Below are positions 25,877 to 38,090 of a DNA stretch of 64,000 bases, in pieces. The DNA comes from a virus (taxonomy: Duplodnaviria; Caudoviricetes). Where the stretch lies: positions 1 to 64,000 of the IMG/VR virus record IMGVR_UViG_3300021256_000081. One strand, given 5' to 3'. The translations under genes and the position numbers were made by a program. Every line of letters starts with the position of its first letter. Positions within the stretch are counted from its first letter, which is position 1. The notes under the pieces were generated by a model that had not been told where the DNA came from, did not search any database, and saw nothing but the letters and a program-made list of their open reading frames with translations.

Positions 25877-27706
25877 ATGTCATTACAAGATATTTTAGAT
25901 CAACACAAACAAGAAGATTTAAATGGCGTATCTCAAACAATTTGAGATTTATTAGATATTAAAAAATCAAGAAAAGTTGGTATATCACATGAACGTATAG
26001 ATAATATAATTCCTGTAGCTCGAGATTATATAGCATATTGGAGAGAATACCCTGATATGTTTATAGATTTCTTACAAACAGGAATAGATGGGACTATTCC
26101 TGAAACAGGTTTAAGATTCTATTTCTATCAAAGAGTATTCTTACGTGCGGCAATGCGTTATCGTTATGTTTATGCAGTATTCCCTCGTGCGTATTCTAAA
26201 TCATTCTTGTCAGTATTGACATTAATGTGCAGATGTATTCTTTATCCAAGAGCAAAGTTATTCGTAACTTCTGGTGGTAAGGAACAGTCTGCACAAATTG
26301 TTAAAGAAAAAGTTCAAGAATTATGTACTATGATTCCAGCTCTTGATAGAGAACTTGATCGTCGTTTAGGTAAAACTAGAGAAGGTAAGGACTATGTTAT
26401 TTATATGTTTAAAAACGGTTCTTACTTTGATAATATTGCGGCAAGTGAAAAGTCAAGAGGTAAGCGTCGTCATGGTGGTCTTGTAGAGGAGTGCGTAGGT
26501 GTAGATGGAGATATTCTCCAACAGGTTATTATCCCTACCATGAATATTTCAAGACAGTGTATGGATGGAAGTACGCATAATGAGGAAGTTCTTAATAAAT
26601 CACAGTTGTATATTACTACGGCAGGATTTAAAGGAACTTTCGCATACAATAAATTAATACAGACTTTGGTTCAAATGGTAACTGAACCAGATAAAGCCTT
26701 TGTAATGGGTGGTACATTCAAGATACCAGTTATTGCGGGCTTGCTTGATAAAGATTTTATTACTGACTTAAAGAAAGATGAAACTTTTAATGAAATTTCA
26801 TTCTTACGTGAGTATGAAAGTAAATGGGCTGGTTCTTCTGAAGATGCATTCTTTAAAGGTGAAGCGTTTGATAGAAACCGAGTTCTCCAAAAGCCAGAGT
26901 ATGAAGCATCTGGTCGTGCTAATGTTCAAAGTTATTATGTTCTTGCAATGGACGTTGCGAGAAAGAATACTGGACGAGATGGATGCGATAGCGTAATTTG
27001 TGTATTTAGAGTTGCGCCACAGAGCTATGGTGAAGTTTCATTAAAATATTTGGTAAATATTTATTCTCTTACAAATATGCACTTTGAAGACCAGGCAATT
27101 TGGGCGAAGCGTTTGTATTATAAATATGATGCTCGTAAAATTGTAATTGATGCCAACGGTCTTGGTATTGGTCTTGTCGATTACATGGTTAAATCACAAG
27201 TTGATCCTTTAACAGGTGATGAATATCCTGATTTTGGCGTTGATAATGATGAAGAAGGATATTATAAGAGATTTAGAACAAATAATACAGAACAAGATGC
27301 AATGTATTTAATTAAGGCAAATGCGCCACTTAATACAGAAGCACATTCAAATGTTCAAACACAACTTACTTCTGGAAAGTTAAAATTCCTTATTGATGAT
27401 CGTGCAGCAAAAGTAAAATTGCTTGGAACGCAAAAAGGAAAACAAATGACTCCAGAGGAAAGGTCAGAATACTTAAAACCTTATAATCTAACTTCCATAT
27501 TAAAAGAAGAGATGCTGAATCTTCGTGAGGAAAATGAAGGTGTTAATATTATATTAAAGCAAGCAAATAAATCTATTCGTAAGGATAAATTTTCTGCACT
27601 TGAATATGGATTATACTATATTAAACAATACGAAGATAGCAGGCGTAAGAAAAAGAAACGTTTCGTTGCATCAGAATGACGATTCAGTTCCCATATCGGA
27701 GGTTAA
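25877..27706 (+). CDS. terL: terminase large subunit (TGA=Trp at 25943 and 27677)
   Basis: YFYQ Q-motif, PRAYSKS Walker A variant, RGKR..GLVEE Walker B, TTAG, nuclease MDVAR...IDANGLG...DKFSA. Confidence 0.9.
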
Positions 27707-27708
27707 TT

Positions 27709-28065
27709 ATGAGAGCAAGTAGAGGCGAAATTAAGATTGAAGAAATATTAGAAGAAGCAGGATTGAACTTTAAAATGGAAGTATCTTTTGAGGGTTTGAA
27801 TAGTCCAAATGGGAAACCTCTTCGTTTTGACTTTGCGGTTTTTGATGATGACGGTAATCTTGATTTTCTTATTGAATATCAAGGACGTCAGCATTATGAA
27901 GCTAGTGGTAAGTTTGGCGGCAAAAAGGGTTTATACCAACAGCAGTTCAACGATGCGAAAAAACGTAGATTTTGTCAGCTCCATGACATAAAGTTAATTG
28001 AAATTCCATATACCGATGAGTATATTTTGGATTACGATTATATTATGACTAGAGCTGGTTATTAG
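27709..28065 (+). CDS. PD-(D/E)XK endonuclease-like protein
   Basis: SRGE...LRFDF...LIEYQGRQHY...D..K...C...I.LIEIPY. Confidence 0.75.
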   Translation: MRASRGEIKIEEILEEAGLNFKMEVSFEGLNSPNGKPLRFDFAVFDDDGNLDFLIEYQGRQHYEASGKFGGKKGLYQQQFNDAKKRRFCQLHDIKLIEIPYTDEYILDYDYIMTRAGY

Positions 28066-28076
28066 GAGGTGAGACC

Positions 28077-29687
28077 TTGGCCAGTAATAAAGAAAGACAG
28101 GAACAAATTAGAGAAAAAGGTTTTTCTATGAATGGTTCTTCCCAATATGGGAGCATAAAGGTCGGAACAAAAACTCTTGAAGATGCAGTTATTAATTTAG
28201 GAGCTTATCAGAAACTAAAAGATACTTCATGTTTAAGATTTTATGATAAGATAGCGATATTGCGTGCAATTGCGGAAAATGATGTTAAAGCAATTCGCGC
28301 AATATCTGACTTCTTTTATCGTACTAATGGTATCTATCAAAGAATTGTAAATTATTATGCAACAATGTATAGATATGATTGATACACTGTTCCTACTATT
28401 TATGATGATAAAATTCTTAGTAATGAAGAAAAAAGTAAAAAGGTTACTACCGAATGATTCAAAGTAATAGACTATTTGGATAATACAAACATTAGAGAGA
28501 TTACTCAAAATATTACATTTAAAGTTATTAAATATGGCGTATGCTATGGATATATGGTTGAAGGAAAAGATGGTATTCTTTTTCAGGAATTACCAGTAGA
28601 TTATTGTCGTTGTAGATATTATGTAAATAATCTTCCAGCGATAGAATTTAATATGGCATATTTTGATCAAAAATTTCATGATGTTAATTATAGAATGAAA
28701 GTTCTTAAAATGTTTCCAAAAGATATTCAAAAAGGTTATGTCCTTTGGAAAGAGAGAAGATTAACTCCTGATTTTGAGGGAGATACAAGTGGTTGGTATT
28801 TACTTGACCCAGGTAGCGCTGTTAAATTTTCTTTGCCAGGAACTAATGAAATTCCTTTTTTCATTAATGTAATTCCATATTTATTAGATTTAGATGCGGC
28901 ACAAGATTTAGATCATCGTAAGCAATTACAGGATTTATTGAAAATAATTGTTCAAAAGTTGCCTATTGATAAAAATGGTGATTTAATTTTTGACGTAGAT
29001 GAAGCAAGAGATATTCATAACAATACAGTAGCGATGCTTCATCATACCATCAACACAGATGTTATTACAACATTTGCTGATGTTGATTCTATTGATTTAT
29101 CTGATACTACGAATGTAGATAACGATGATTTGGAGCGTGTTGAACGTTCTGTATATAATGCCGCAGGTGTTTCTAAAAACTTGTTTAATTCAGACACGAA
29201 TTTATCTATCAATAACTCTATCTTACAAGATGAAGGATTGATGCGTAATTTAAAGTTGCAATTCGAGAAATTATTTGATACAATAATTCAGAGAAGAATG
29301 CCTAATAAAAAGAAATATACATTTAGATTTTATATTTTAGATACAACACAATATAATTATAAAGAATTATCAAAAACATATAAAGAACAGATGACTGTTG
29401 GATTTGGTAAGATGCTTGCGCAAATTGCGTTAGGTCATACACAAAATTCAATTTTGGCAACAGCATTCTTTGAAAATGATGTATTATCACTTAGCACTGT
29501 TATGATTCCACCAATGATGTCTTCTACAATTGGTAGTGAAGATATTCAAACTTTGGGCAAAGGAGGTAAAACTCAACCTTCTGAAGGTCAAAATACTACA
29601 GGAAGTGATAATAAGGGTGGTAGACCAGCTAAAGAAGCAACAGAACTTTCTGATAAAACCATCCAAAATAAAGAAAGTCAGAAGTAG
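28077..29687 (+). CDS. portal protein (TGA=Trp)
   Basis: Two tracked ORFs share a frame and join through YRYD(W)YTVP. About 536 aa, positioned after terL. Confidence 0.8.
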
Positions 29688-29698
29688 GAGGAAATTAA

Positions 29699-30994
29699 AT
29701 GCCACAGCACACAAGTATAGCATTAAATTCTCCAGTTGAAATTCTTCATGATTTGGTACCACTAAACCCACTTATTAGTAAATGCCAAATCAAGGTTTGT
29801 TATGTAGGAGATGAGCCAAACCGCAATGGTAGCGTTATTACAAAAGCTGTTGCGAGAGAAATGGCGAGATCCCTTCCTGGCTCTCCTATCGTTGGTTATT
29901 ACAACGAAACAAGCGAAGACTTTGAAGGACATAATCAAATTATTGATATTTCAAATGGAGAGTGGAAATTTAAGGACACCACTCAACCTTATGGTTTCGT
30001 AGATTGAAACGCTAAGGTTTGGTTCCAGAAATTCCTCGATGATGGGGTTGAACATGAATACCTCATGACTGAGGGATATTTATGGACAGGTCAATATCCA
30101 GAGGCAAAACGTGTTATTGAAAAAGGTAACAACCAGTCTATGGAACTTGACGAGAATACTTTGCAGGGATTTTGGTCAGAAGATGATAATGGAGGACCTT
30201 CTTTCTTTATTATCAATGAAGCTATAATCTCTAAACTCTGTATTCTTGGGGAAGATGTTGAACCTTGCTTCGAGGGTTCTCAGATTACCAGAGTTCAGTT
30301 CTCTTTTGAAGAGAGCATGCAGAAGAAATTATTTAGTATGATGGAACAGGTTAAAGAGATTATTAAAGAAGGAGGTAATTCCGTGGAGAATGAAGTAAAG
30401 AATCCAGAAATGGAAAATGAAGAAGTTAAGCCAGAAGAAGAAACTCCTGAAGTAGAACAGGAAGAAAAGCCTGAAAAAGAGAATCCTGAAGAACCTGAAG
30501 TAGAAGCTCCAGAGAAAGAGGACGAACCTGAAGAGGAGCAACCTGAAGAAGAAGAGGAAACTCCTGAGGAAGAGGGCGAAGTTAATAAATATAATCTTGA
30601 CGAAATTCAAGAATATATAGAATTAAAGGCTAACTATGAAGAGTTAGAAACTAAATTCAACGAAATGAAAGCTGATTATGACAAGCTTGTAGAATTCAAG
30701 AATGACGCTGACCGCAAGGAAAAGCAAGCCATGATTGACCAGTTCTATATGCTTTCTAATGAAGACAAGAAAGATGTAATTGAGAATATTGACAATTACT
30801 CTGTCGATGAAATCGAAGCAAAGCTTTCTGTAATTTGTGTTCGTAACAAGGTAAGTTTTGATCTTGACGATGATAGTGAAGACGAGGAGAAAACTCCTAC
30901 ATCTATCTTCAATCTTGAAAATGATGGAATTGAAGATGATATCACACCTGCTTGGATCAAAGCAGCTTTAGCTACGAAGAAAGAAATGGAATAA
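29699..30994 (+). CDS. prohead protease/scaffold fusion (TGA=Trp at 30005)
   Basis: NRNGS...PIVG...H...QSMEL...LCILG..VEPCFEGS, acidic linker, helical C-terminus. Confidence 0.75.
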
Positions 30995-31012
30995 TATAGG
31001 AGGAAGACAAGA

Positions 31013-31738
31013 ATGGCTAAAACAAGATTAAGTGAAAAAGCCACATATGTCACTCGTGGTTACGGACAAGTTGAACCTAACCATTTATCAGCTCAGAAGA
31101 CAGGTCAGATCTATGCACAGTTACCTGCAGCAGCAGATATTGACATTCTTGAGAATGGTCAGTTTGCTACTTATAACTATGCTGCAGCTGATGGTGGAGC
31201 GGTAGATTTTGCTGGTGCTGGCGAGTGGATGATGGTCTTTAATGAAATTAAGCTTTATCGTGATTTCGAACAGGATTGCGATTTTGCAATGAAGAAAGAA
31301 GATTATGTGGCTCGTGTATATAGCCCAATTGATGGCACTCAGCCATTAACAGAATGGCAGTCTCGTTTCTATGGACCAAAAGATTCTGAAGGTAATGACA
31401 ATGCTGAACGTGTAACAACTCCAGCAACACCTTATGAAGTTGATTCTACAGACGATCCATTCAAAACAACTCAGAATTATAAGACACCTAAGTATATGGC
31501 AGAAGGAACACGTATGGTTCCTCGTCTCTTTAAGATTAATGTTGGCGATATTTGGACAACAAATACTATTAAAGCAGAACCAGGCAGCCTCAAAGTTGGC
31601 GATATGCTTACACCAGATACAGATGGCTATCTCAAGGCTGGTGAAGGTGCAGATGCTCAGCATCCAACAATGCAGGTTGTTAAGGTTTATACAATGCCTG
31701 ATATGCAGCCTGGCGTAAAGGTTATGCGCGTTAAGTAA
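31013..31738 (+). CDS. capsid-associated (decoration-like) protein
   Basis: Lies between protease and major capsid, no in-frame TGA. Confidence 0.6.
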   Translation: MAKTRLSEKATYVTRGYGQVEPNHLSAQKTGQIYAQLPAAADIDILENGQFATYNYAAADGGAVDFAGAGEWMMVFNEIKLYRDFEQDCDFAMKKEDYVARVYSPIDGTQPLTEWQSRFYGPKDSEGNDNAERVTTPATPYEVDSTDDPFKTTQNYKTPKYMAEGTRMVPRLFKINVGDIWTTNTIKAEPGSLKVGDMLTPDTDGYLKAGEGADAQHPTMQVVKVYTMPDMQPGVKVMRVK

Positions 31739-31756
31739 TAGAAAGGAGTAAAGGAC

Positions 31757-32893
31757 ATGTTAGATAAGAAAAATTTCGTACAATTAGCTAAGATTGTTGC
31801 TAAAGCTGATCCTAAGGCTCCTCAGGCGTATAGCTACAACGGCGCTAATTTTAACTATGCTGAACTCAATGAAACACTTCGTAAAGAGTTCAATGAAATT
31901 GCTGGTACATACCAGTTATATCGTGAAAACAAGAATTTAGTATTCTCTATTATTGAAGAAACATTAAATGACGTTCTTCCACAGAAAGTCATTGAAAACT
32001 ACGGTCAGTTTGCTGAGGTTAAGACTTTCGCACAGGGCGATAAGCCATTATTCCGTAGAAAGATTGATGGCACAAATCGTGCTAAGCAGTTCATTACAAG
32101 AGTAGGACTTGCTGGTGATTATGAAGTATTCAAGCTCGCTAAGAGTTCTGAAAGCTTCGAAGTACCAACTAGTGCTATCGGTGGAGCTGCACAGATCGGA
32201 TTCGAGGAATTCCTTGATGGTCGTGCTGACTTCGCAGAACTTACAAATATCGTAATGGAAGGTATGGATGACCTTGTTTATGAGGAAATCGGTAAGGCTC
32301 TTGAAGGTGCTATTAATCAGCTCCCAGCTATGAACCGCGTTGTTACAAACACATTCGATCCTGCATCCTTCGATGAACTCGTTCGTATGGCTGAATCTTA
32401 TGGTAATGTAACAATCTACTGCACAAACGAATTTGCAGTTAAGATGATCCCACAAGAAGCTTGGAGATACACAGAAGCTATGAAGGATGAACTTTATAGA
32501 ACAGGTCGTCTTTCTGGTTATCGTGATAAGAATGTTGTTATTCTTCCAAATGCTTACAAGGATATCGTTTCTGGTAAGGAAAAGGTTATTGATCCTTCTT
32601 TCTGCTGGATTATTCCATCTGGCGCAGATACAAAGCCTGTTAAGGTTGCTTTCGAAGGTGACACACTTGTTGATGAGCGTGCTAACCGCGATTGGAGCCG
32701 TGAAATCCAGGTTTATAAGAAGGTTGGCGTAACTTGCATGATGAACAACGCTATCTGTGTTTATAAGGATACATCTCTTTCTAAGAATGGTGCATTCAAT
32801 CTTGCTGACACAGTTCAGAACATTGTTCATGTTGTTGATGACTCTGCTAGTGGCGAAACTACACCAGCTGGCGGCGATGATTCTGGTAACTAA
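31757..32893 (+). CDS. major capsid protein
   Basis: 378 aa, position, high-expression codon bias, followed by a terminator. Confidence 0.85.
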   Translation: MLDKKNFVQLAKIVAKADPKAPQAYSYNGANFNYAELNETLRKEFNEIAGTYQLYRENKNLVFSIIEETLNDVLPQKVIENYGQFAEVKTFAQGDKPLFRRKIDGTNRAKQFITRVGLAGDYEVFKLAKSSESFEVPTSAIGGAAQIGFEEFLDGRADFAELTNIVMEGMDDLVYEEIGKALEGAINQLPAMNRVVTNTFDPASFDELVRMAESYGNVTIYCTNEFAVKMIPQEAWRYTEAMKDELYRTGRLSGYRDKNVVILPNAYKDIVSGKEKVIDPSFCWIIPSGADTKPVKVAFEGDTLVDERANRDWSREIQVYKKVGVTCMMNNAICVYKDTSLSKNGAFNLADTVQNIVHVVDDSASGETTPAGGDDSGN

Positions 32894-32911
32894 TCGAATA
32901 TAACAAGATAA

Positions 32912-32949
32912 AAGGGGAGTAGGGGTAAATCCCCTCTCCCCTTATTTTC
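32912..32949 (+). terminator. intrinsic terminator after the capsid gene
   Basis: AAGGGGAG..AGGGG/CCCCT.CTCCCCTT hairpin plus ATTTT. Confidence 0.7.
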
Positions 32950-32980
32950 ATTAATAAGAGAAAAAGGAGATAATATTAAA

Positions 32981-33550
32981 ATGGCAAAGAATGATAGTGT
33001 AATTGTAGCAAATCGTACTGCGGCAAAAGTTGTTTATAATATTCCAGATAGGGGTATTCGTAGAGAATTGGCGCCAGGACAGTCAATTAGAACTACAAAA
33101 GATGAAATTGAAGCATTATCTTATGTAAGTGGAGGCTTAGATCTCATTAGAAACCACCTCTTGGTAAAAGATGAAGAGATTCTCAATGATTTAAATATCG
33201 ACAGAGAACCTGAGTATTATATGAATGCTAATGATGTTCTTAATCTTTTAAAGAATGGAACTCTTGATGAATTCCTTGATGCATTAGATTTTGCTCCAGA
33301 AGGTGTAATTACGTTAATTAAAGATCTTAGTGTTGAGCTTCCTTTGAATGACTATGCAAAACGTCAGGCTCTTAAAGAAAAGACTGGCTTTAATGTAGAT
33401 GCAGCTATTGCTAATTATCAAGCAAATAATGCTCCAGAAACAGATGAACCAGCAGCTCCTGCACAGCCTAAGAGAGTTCGTAGAACACAGCCTAAGACTA
33501 AAAAAGCAGATGCTACACCTGTAAAAGTAATTAAAAAGACTGCTGAATAA
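32981..33550 (+). CDS. hypothetical head-module protein
   Basis: ORF track, SD. Confidence 0.8.
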   Translation: MAKNDSVIVANRTAAKVVYNIPDRGIRRELAPGQSIRTTKDEIEALSYVSGGLDLIRNHLLVKDEEILNDLNIDREPEYYMNANDVLNLLKNGTLDEFLDALDFAPEGVITLIKDLSVELPLNDYAKRQALKEKTGFNVDAAIANYQANNAPETDEPAAPAQPKRVRRTQPKTKKADATPVKVIKKTAE

Positions 33551-33570
33551 TATTGAAGGAGGAGATATCC

Positions 33571-34161
33571 ATGGGAACTCAGTTCACAGAAGTATATAAT
33601 CGCTTCCTCAGCATGATTACGGATGATATGTACATGGAATTAACTCCAGAAGACACAGCAAGGGATCTTAGATCCCTTTTAATTAACGCTATTCCTGGAT
33701 TTGAATTTCCTCGTAAAAATCTAATGGATTATTCAATAGAAACTCTTGTTATCAGAGAAGATACTGTTCAAGAAACAGATTTTATTATTGGTGTTGTTTG
33801 GGATACTCCAGATGGACCAGAAGATGAAAACATTCCTGATGTTTATATTGAGCGTTCTCATTTTACAGATGATTTAACTCCAGAAGAACAAAATATTCTT
33901 GCACTTCTTATGATGTGCGGTTGAGTTCAAAGACAAGTTACTTCTATTGAAAATACCCGTATGAAATATAGCGGTTCAGATTTTAAAATGACCTCACAAG
34001 CCAATCATTTAGCCAAATTACTAAGTCTATTGTCTGAATGTCAAAGACAATCTTTTCACATGCAACGTTTATATAAACGCAGACGTTTAGATGATGTCGG
34101 TAAGTTTGAATCTAATTGAGATGTTTTTAGAAATGGTGTTTATGGCGACTACAAAGTATAA
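33571..34161 (+). CDS. putative head-tail adaptor (TGA=Trp)
   Basis: Reads through TGA 33922 and 34117 to TAA, DFKMTSQANHL motif, gene order. Confidence 0.6.
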
Positions 34162-34444
34162 TTTTGATATACCTGATGAAAGTTGTCAATCTGACGTAAA
34201 TCGACTAACAAATCAATTATGAAAGCTTATCCCAATGCGTGAAAATGAAGAGAATTGATTGGAGCAGTTAAATACCGTGATTATAGAGATTGCGGGACTT
34301 GGAGAAATTTTTAATAAAAGTGACAAATTCTTAATTCTTTTAAGTAAGTTAGAAGGATTGAGAGTCACCGAAGTTGCTTTCTCTACATATAGAAAAACTG
34401 TGTTTGAATCAATTTCCTTATTAAGAGAGGTTATGTATGGCTAG
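34142..34444 (+). CDS. hypothetical neck-module protein (TGA=Trp)
   Basis: NQL(W)KLIPMRENEEN(W)LEQL joins the tracked ORF at 34259. Confidence 0.65.
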
Positions 34445-35423
34445 TTCTCAATATCATGGAATTAGTATGATGGCGAAAAGGCTCGATTGGCGAGGAGGTT
34501 TTCCTCAACAAGATAGAATGATCAAAGATAAAAGATGAACTTTGGATCATGCAGTAAAATATTCTTATCAAGCAGCAAAGATAAGACATACAGATTCTGA
34601 AAATTTAACCGAAGCGCCTTCTTTAATAAATCCAGATAAAACAAAACAAAATTATGATGATAAGATTGTTTCTGTTGGATATGAATATGGATTTCAACCA
34701 GGAGACGTTTTTGATTGGCTGAATACGGGTACAAAGTGAATTATTTATCTTCAAGATTTAACAGAATTGGCTTATTTTAGAGGAGAAATAAGACGATGCA
34801 ATTATCAGGTTTCTTGAAAGGGTGAAGATGGTACAATATATACACAACATCTTGCGGTTCGAGGACCTGTTGAAACAAAAATTAATTTTATTCAGAAGAA
34901 TGGTATTAGTGTAGATGAACCTAACCATTCTTTAGATATTCTAATGACAAAAACCCCAGAAGCATTACAATATTTTCAACGTTATGCAAAATTTTATTTA
35001 AAAGGCATTGAACGTGCTGATAAAAAGATTTGCTGAAGAGTTGAAGCCGTTGATACTATTAGTATGCCTGGCATTATTCAAGTCGTTGCTGTAGAATACT
35101 ATGCTAATGAAACTAAGGACGATATTGTTGATGGAGTAGCTAATGGTTTAGTATTAGATCCAGTAGATCCAAATGAAGAAGATGGAATCAACGATATTAT
35201 TGAAGGTCCTACTTTTATTAAGCCTAGAGTTGAGTATAGTTATTTCTATAGAAAGAGACTGGAATCTGCGCGTTGGTCTCTTGTGACGAAAAACAGTCCT
35301 GCGGAAATTGTTAAGATTGATGATCATAAGATGATTGTCAGATGGAACAGTTCTTATCATGGACAGTTTGAAATTGCTTGTAATGGTTACAAGAAAACTA
35401 TCGTGGTAGAGTCTTTATTTTAA
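34437..35423 (+). CDS. putative head closure/neck protein (TGA=Trp)
   Basis: Tracked ORFs 34542 and 35064 are in frame with ATG 34437. Confidence 0.6.
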
Positions 35424-35440
35424 GGGAGAAAATGGAGTGT

Positions 35441-36025
35441 ATGATAATTAATAATTATGAGATACCGCATTCTTCTTTTATGGCTGTAGATAAAGATTTA
35501 CAGCTTATAACAGAATGAATGATGAAGAATAAAAACTTATGTAAAATGCTTTATTATACAGATAGAGATGCATTAGATAGACCAGCTCTTTCTAGTGCGC
35601 AAAAAGCTGATTTATTTGGTAAGCAAATAAAGATAGTACCTAAACTATATGTAGATGGGAGTGTTTTGGCATATGTAATTATTTCAATGGATAATTTCAC
35701 AAGAAGTGCGAATCCGGAATTTCGTGATAATATAATATCTTTTGATATTGTCTGTCATTTTGATCAATGGCAGTTGAAAGACTTCCAGTTGCGTCCATAC
35801 CGAATTGCCGCAGAGATTGATTCAATGTTTGATAATAAGCGACTAACGGGTATAGGTGAATTACATTTTGTGGGAGCGAATCAAATTATTTTAAGCGATG
35901 AATTTGCAGGACTCACTCTTATGTATGAAGCTATTCATGGCGGAGAGGATAAAAAGAAGACGCCTAATCCTATTGATCAAAATCAATTTGAAAAAGATTT
36001 CGATGAATTATTTAATGATAGATAA
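35441..36025 (+). CDS. putative tail terminator/completion protein (TGA=Trp)
   Basis: FDIVCHFDQW...RPYRIAAEIDSMF, gene order. Confidence 0.6.
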
Positions 36026-36028
36026 TTT

Positions 36029-36751
36029 ATGAAAGATATTGACCTTGCATTATTTACTGGGGTTGATATTCCTATACCAGAATGTCAGTTAATCATTCAT
36101 CAACCTACGATTAAAGAAATTTCAATGGTTGGCGAACGAGAATTTTTGGCTGGTATAAGAGTATTAGCCATCAGTAAAGAAGACTTGGATAAGGGCGGAA
36201 ATAATTTATCAAATACTCCTAATTTTCAAATATTTATGACAATAATGGAGGCCGAAGAAGCAAAAGATACCAAGGAGGCTGTTAGAGAAGCTTTATCTTT
36301 AATAATTCCTAACTGTAAGGTAAATTTTACTCCTCGGTCATTATTGTTAAATTATAATGGAACAAATACCATTATAGATGAAGGAAATTTTGAATATTTC
36401 CAAGATGTTTTACGGCAAGTATTTTGTTTGAAGAAAAAAGAGGATGATTATAATCCAGTAAATGCTCAAGCTGCAAAAATTGCAGAAAAAATTAAAAAAG
36501 GCAAAGCAAGAGTAGCTCATTTAAAAGGAGAAGATGTTGGTAGTATTTATGCTAGATACATCTCAGCTTTGGCTATTGGATTACAAATACCTTTACAAGA
36601 TTTATTAAATTGTACTATATATCAAATTCAAGATCTTTTGGAAAGATTTTCTCTTTGAACAAATTGAGACATTGATATTAAGTCTAGACTTGCTGGGGCT
36701 GAGGCCAAAGGCAAGCCTGAAGACTGAATGAGAAATATCCATAAAGATTAA
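36029..36751 (+). CDS. hypothetical tail-module protein (TGA=Trp)
   Basis: Extends through 3 TGA to PED(W)MRNIHKD-TAA just before the tail tube SD. Confidence 0.7.
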
Positions 36752-36772
36752 TTTAGAAGGAGGAAAAAGCCC

Positions 36773-37837
36773 ATGAAATATGGTGTTCGTGACGTCGTTG
36801 ACGTTGTACTAAGAGCTAAGGGAACAATGGATCTTGGAAACAAACGTTTCTACAAGAATGAACCTGTATTATATTTCGATACGCTTACTACTTCCACATT
36901 AGAGGGTGCTTCCACAACTGTATATGCGCAGGGTGGTAAAGGTAACGCTCGTTTAATGGCTTGGGAAGGTGAACGTACTGTTACTTTCACAATGGAAGAT
37001 GCTTTGATCTCACCAGAAAGCCTTTCTATTCTTACTGGTGCAGGTTTAATTGAAGCTTCTGAAGATGCTCCTATTTATCAGCATATTGTTGAAACTACAG
37101 ATGATTATACTCTTGGCGATGGCAGTTTAACAGTTAATGTTGAAAAACTACCTTTCTTACCAAAGCCACCAGTTGCTGATGGTGATCCAGCAATTCCAGT
37201 AGAGGAAGAGAACTATGCTTGCGTAATGTTTACTAAGGATGGCGAAATCGTTTCTGAACCTTATATCGTTAGCCAGCAAGAAACAAATGGAATTCAGCAG
37301 ACAAAAGATGGCAAGTATTCTATTATTGTTAATGAACACACTTGCAATTTCGGTAAGAGATGCCATGACTCTGGTGAATCATATACACCAGCAGACCTTG
37401 CTCTTGATGAAAGCAAAGCAAATGGTGTATTAGTAGATTACTATACACCTGTTAAGAAGGGTGCTAAGCAGATTGAAATCGATGCTGAAAAGTTCGCTGG
37501 TTCTTACTATCTTGAAGGTTCTACTCTTTGGAGAGATACTAATGGTGTAGATCACCCAGCAGAATTCATTATCCCTAACTGCAAGATTCAGTCCGCATTT
37601 ACATTTACAATGGCTGCAACAGGTGATCCATCTACATTTACATTTACAATGGATGCATTCCCTGATTACACTCGTTTTGACAGAACACACAAAGTATTCG
37701 CTGTTATTCAGCTTATGGAATCCCAGACAGCTGCTTCTGATGCCGAAAATGATCTCCATCGTGGTAGAACATGGCATGCAGACGGTGTTGCATCTCGTGT
37801 ATATGAAGATGAGGGAATTGATAACCACGATAACTAA
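36773..37837 (+). CDS. major tail tube protein
   Basis: Beta-rich, YAQGGKGN...FTFTMAATGDPSTFTFTMD, high-expression codons, no TGA. Confidence 0.75.
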   Translation: MKYGVRDVVDVVLRAKGTMDLGNKRFYKNEPVLYFDTLTTSTLEGASTTVYAQGGKGNARLMAWEGERTVTFTMEDALISPESLSILTGAGLIEASEDAPIYQHIVETTDDYTLGDGSLTVNVEKLPFLPKPPVADGDPAIPVEEENYACVMFTKDGEIVSEPYIVSQQETNGIQQTKDGKYSIIVNEHTCNFGKRCHDSGESYTPADLALDESKANGVLVDYYTPVKKGAKQIEIDAEKFAGSYYLEGSTLWRDTNGVDHPAEFIIPNCKIQSAFTFTMAATGDPSTFTFTMDAFPDYTRFDRTHKVFAVIQLMESQTAASDAENDLHRGRTWHADGVASRVYEDEGIDNHDN

Positions 37838-37854
37838 TAGCGGAGGTATAAACT

Positions 37855-38055
37855 ATGTTTTCTCGCTCTAAGAAAAAGAGCAGTTCTGTTAAGACAGTAA
37901 AAAAGCAGGCTGCTGTTTCAATCATTAAACCTGGGCAGGGAACTAAGGTAGAAGAGCCACCACTAGATTTATCTATGGCTAAAATTTCTATTATTAAACC
38001 TGAAGGTGGTTTAATGGTTCAAGTTGATGAAACTGAAGGAGAGGAAGACGAATAG
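37855..38055 (+). CDS. small hypothetical protein
   Basis: GGAGG SD, followed by terminator 38041-38070. Confidence 0.6.
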   Translation: MFSRSKKKSSSVKTVKKQAAVSIIKPGQGTKVEEPPLDLSMAKISIIKPEGGLMVQVDETEGEEDE

Positions 38056-38090
38056 TCTTCCTCTTTTTTTGTTTATTGAGGTGATAGTAT

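Noticed and set aside
32048-32830. 260-aa antisense ORF over the capsid gene (likewise 37430-37828)
   Set aside because: Typical shadow of strong codon bias in a highly expressed gene, with no SD or protein-like features.
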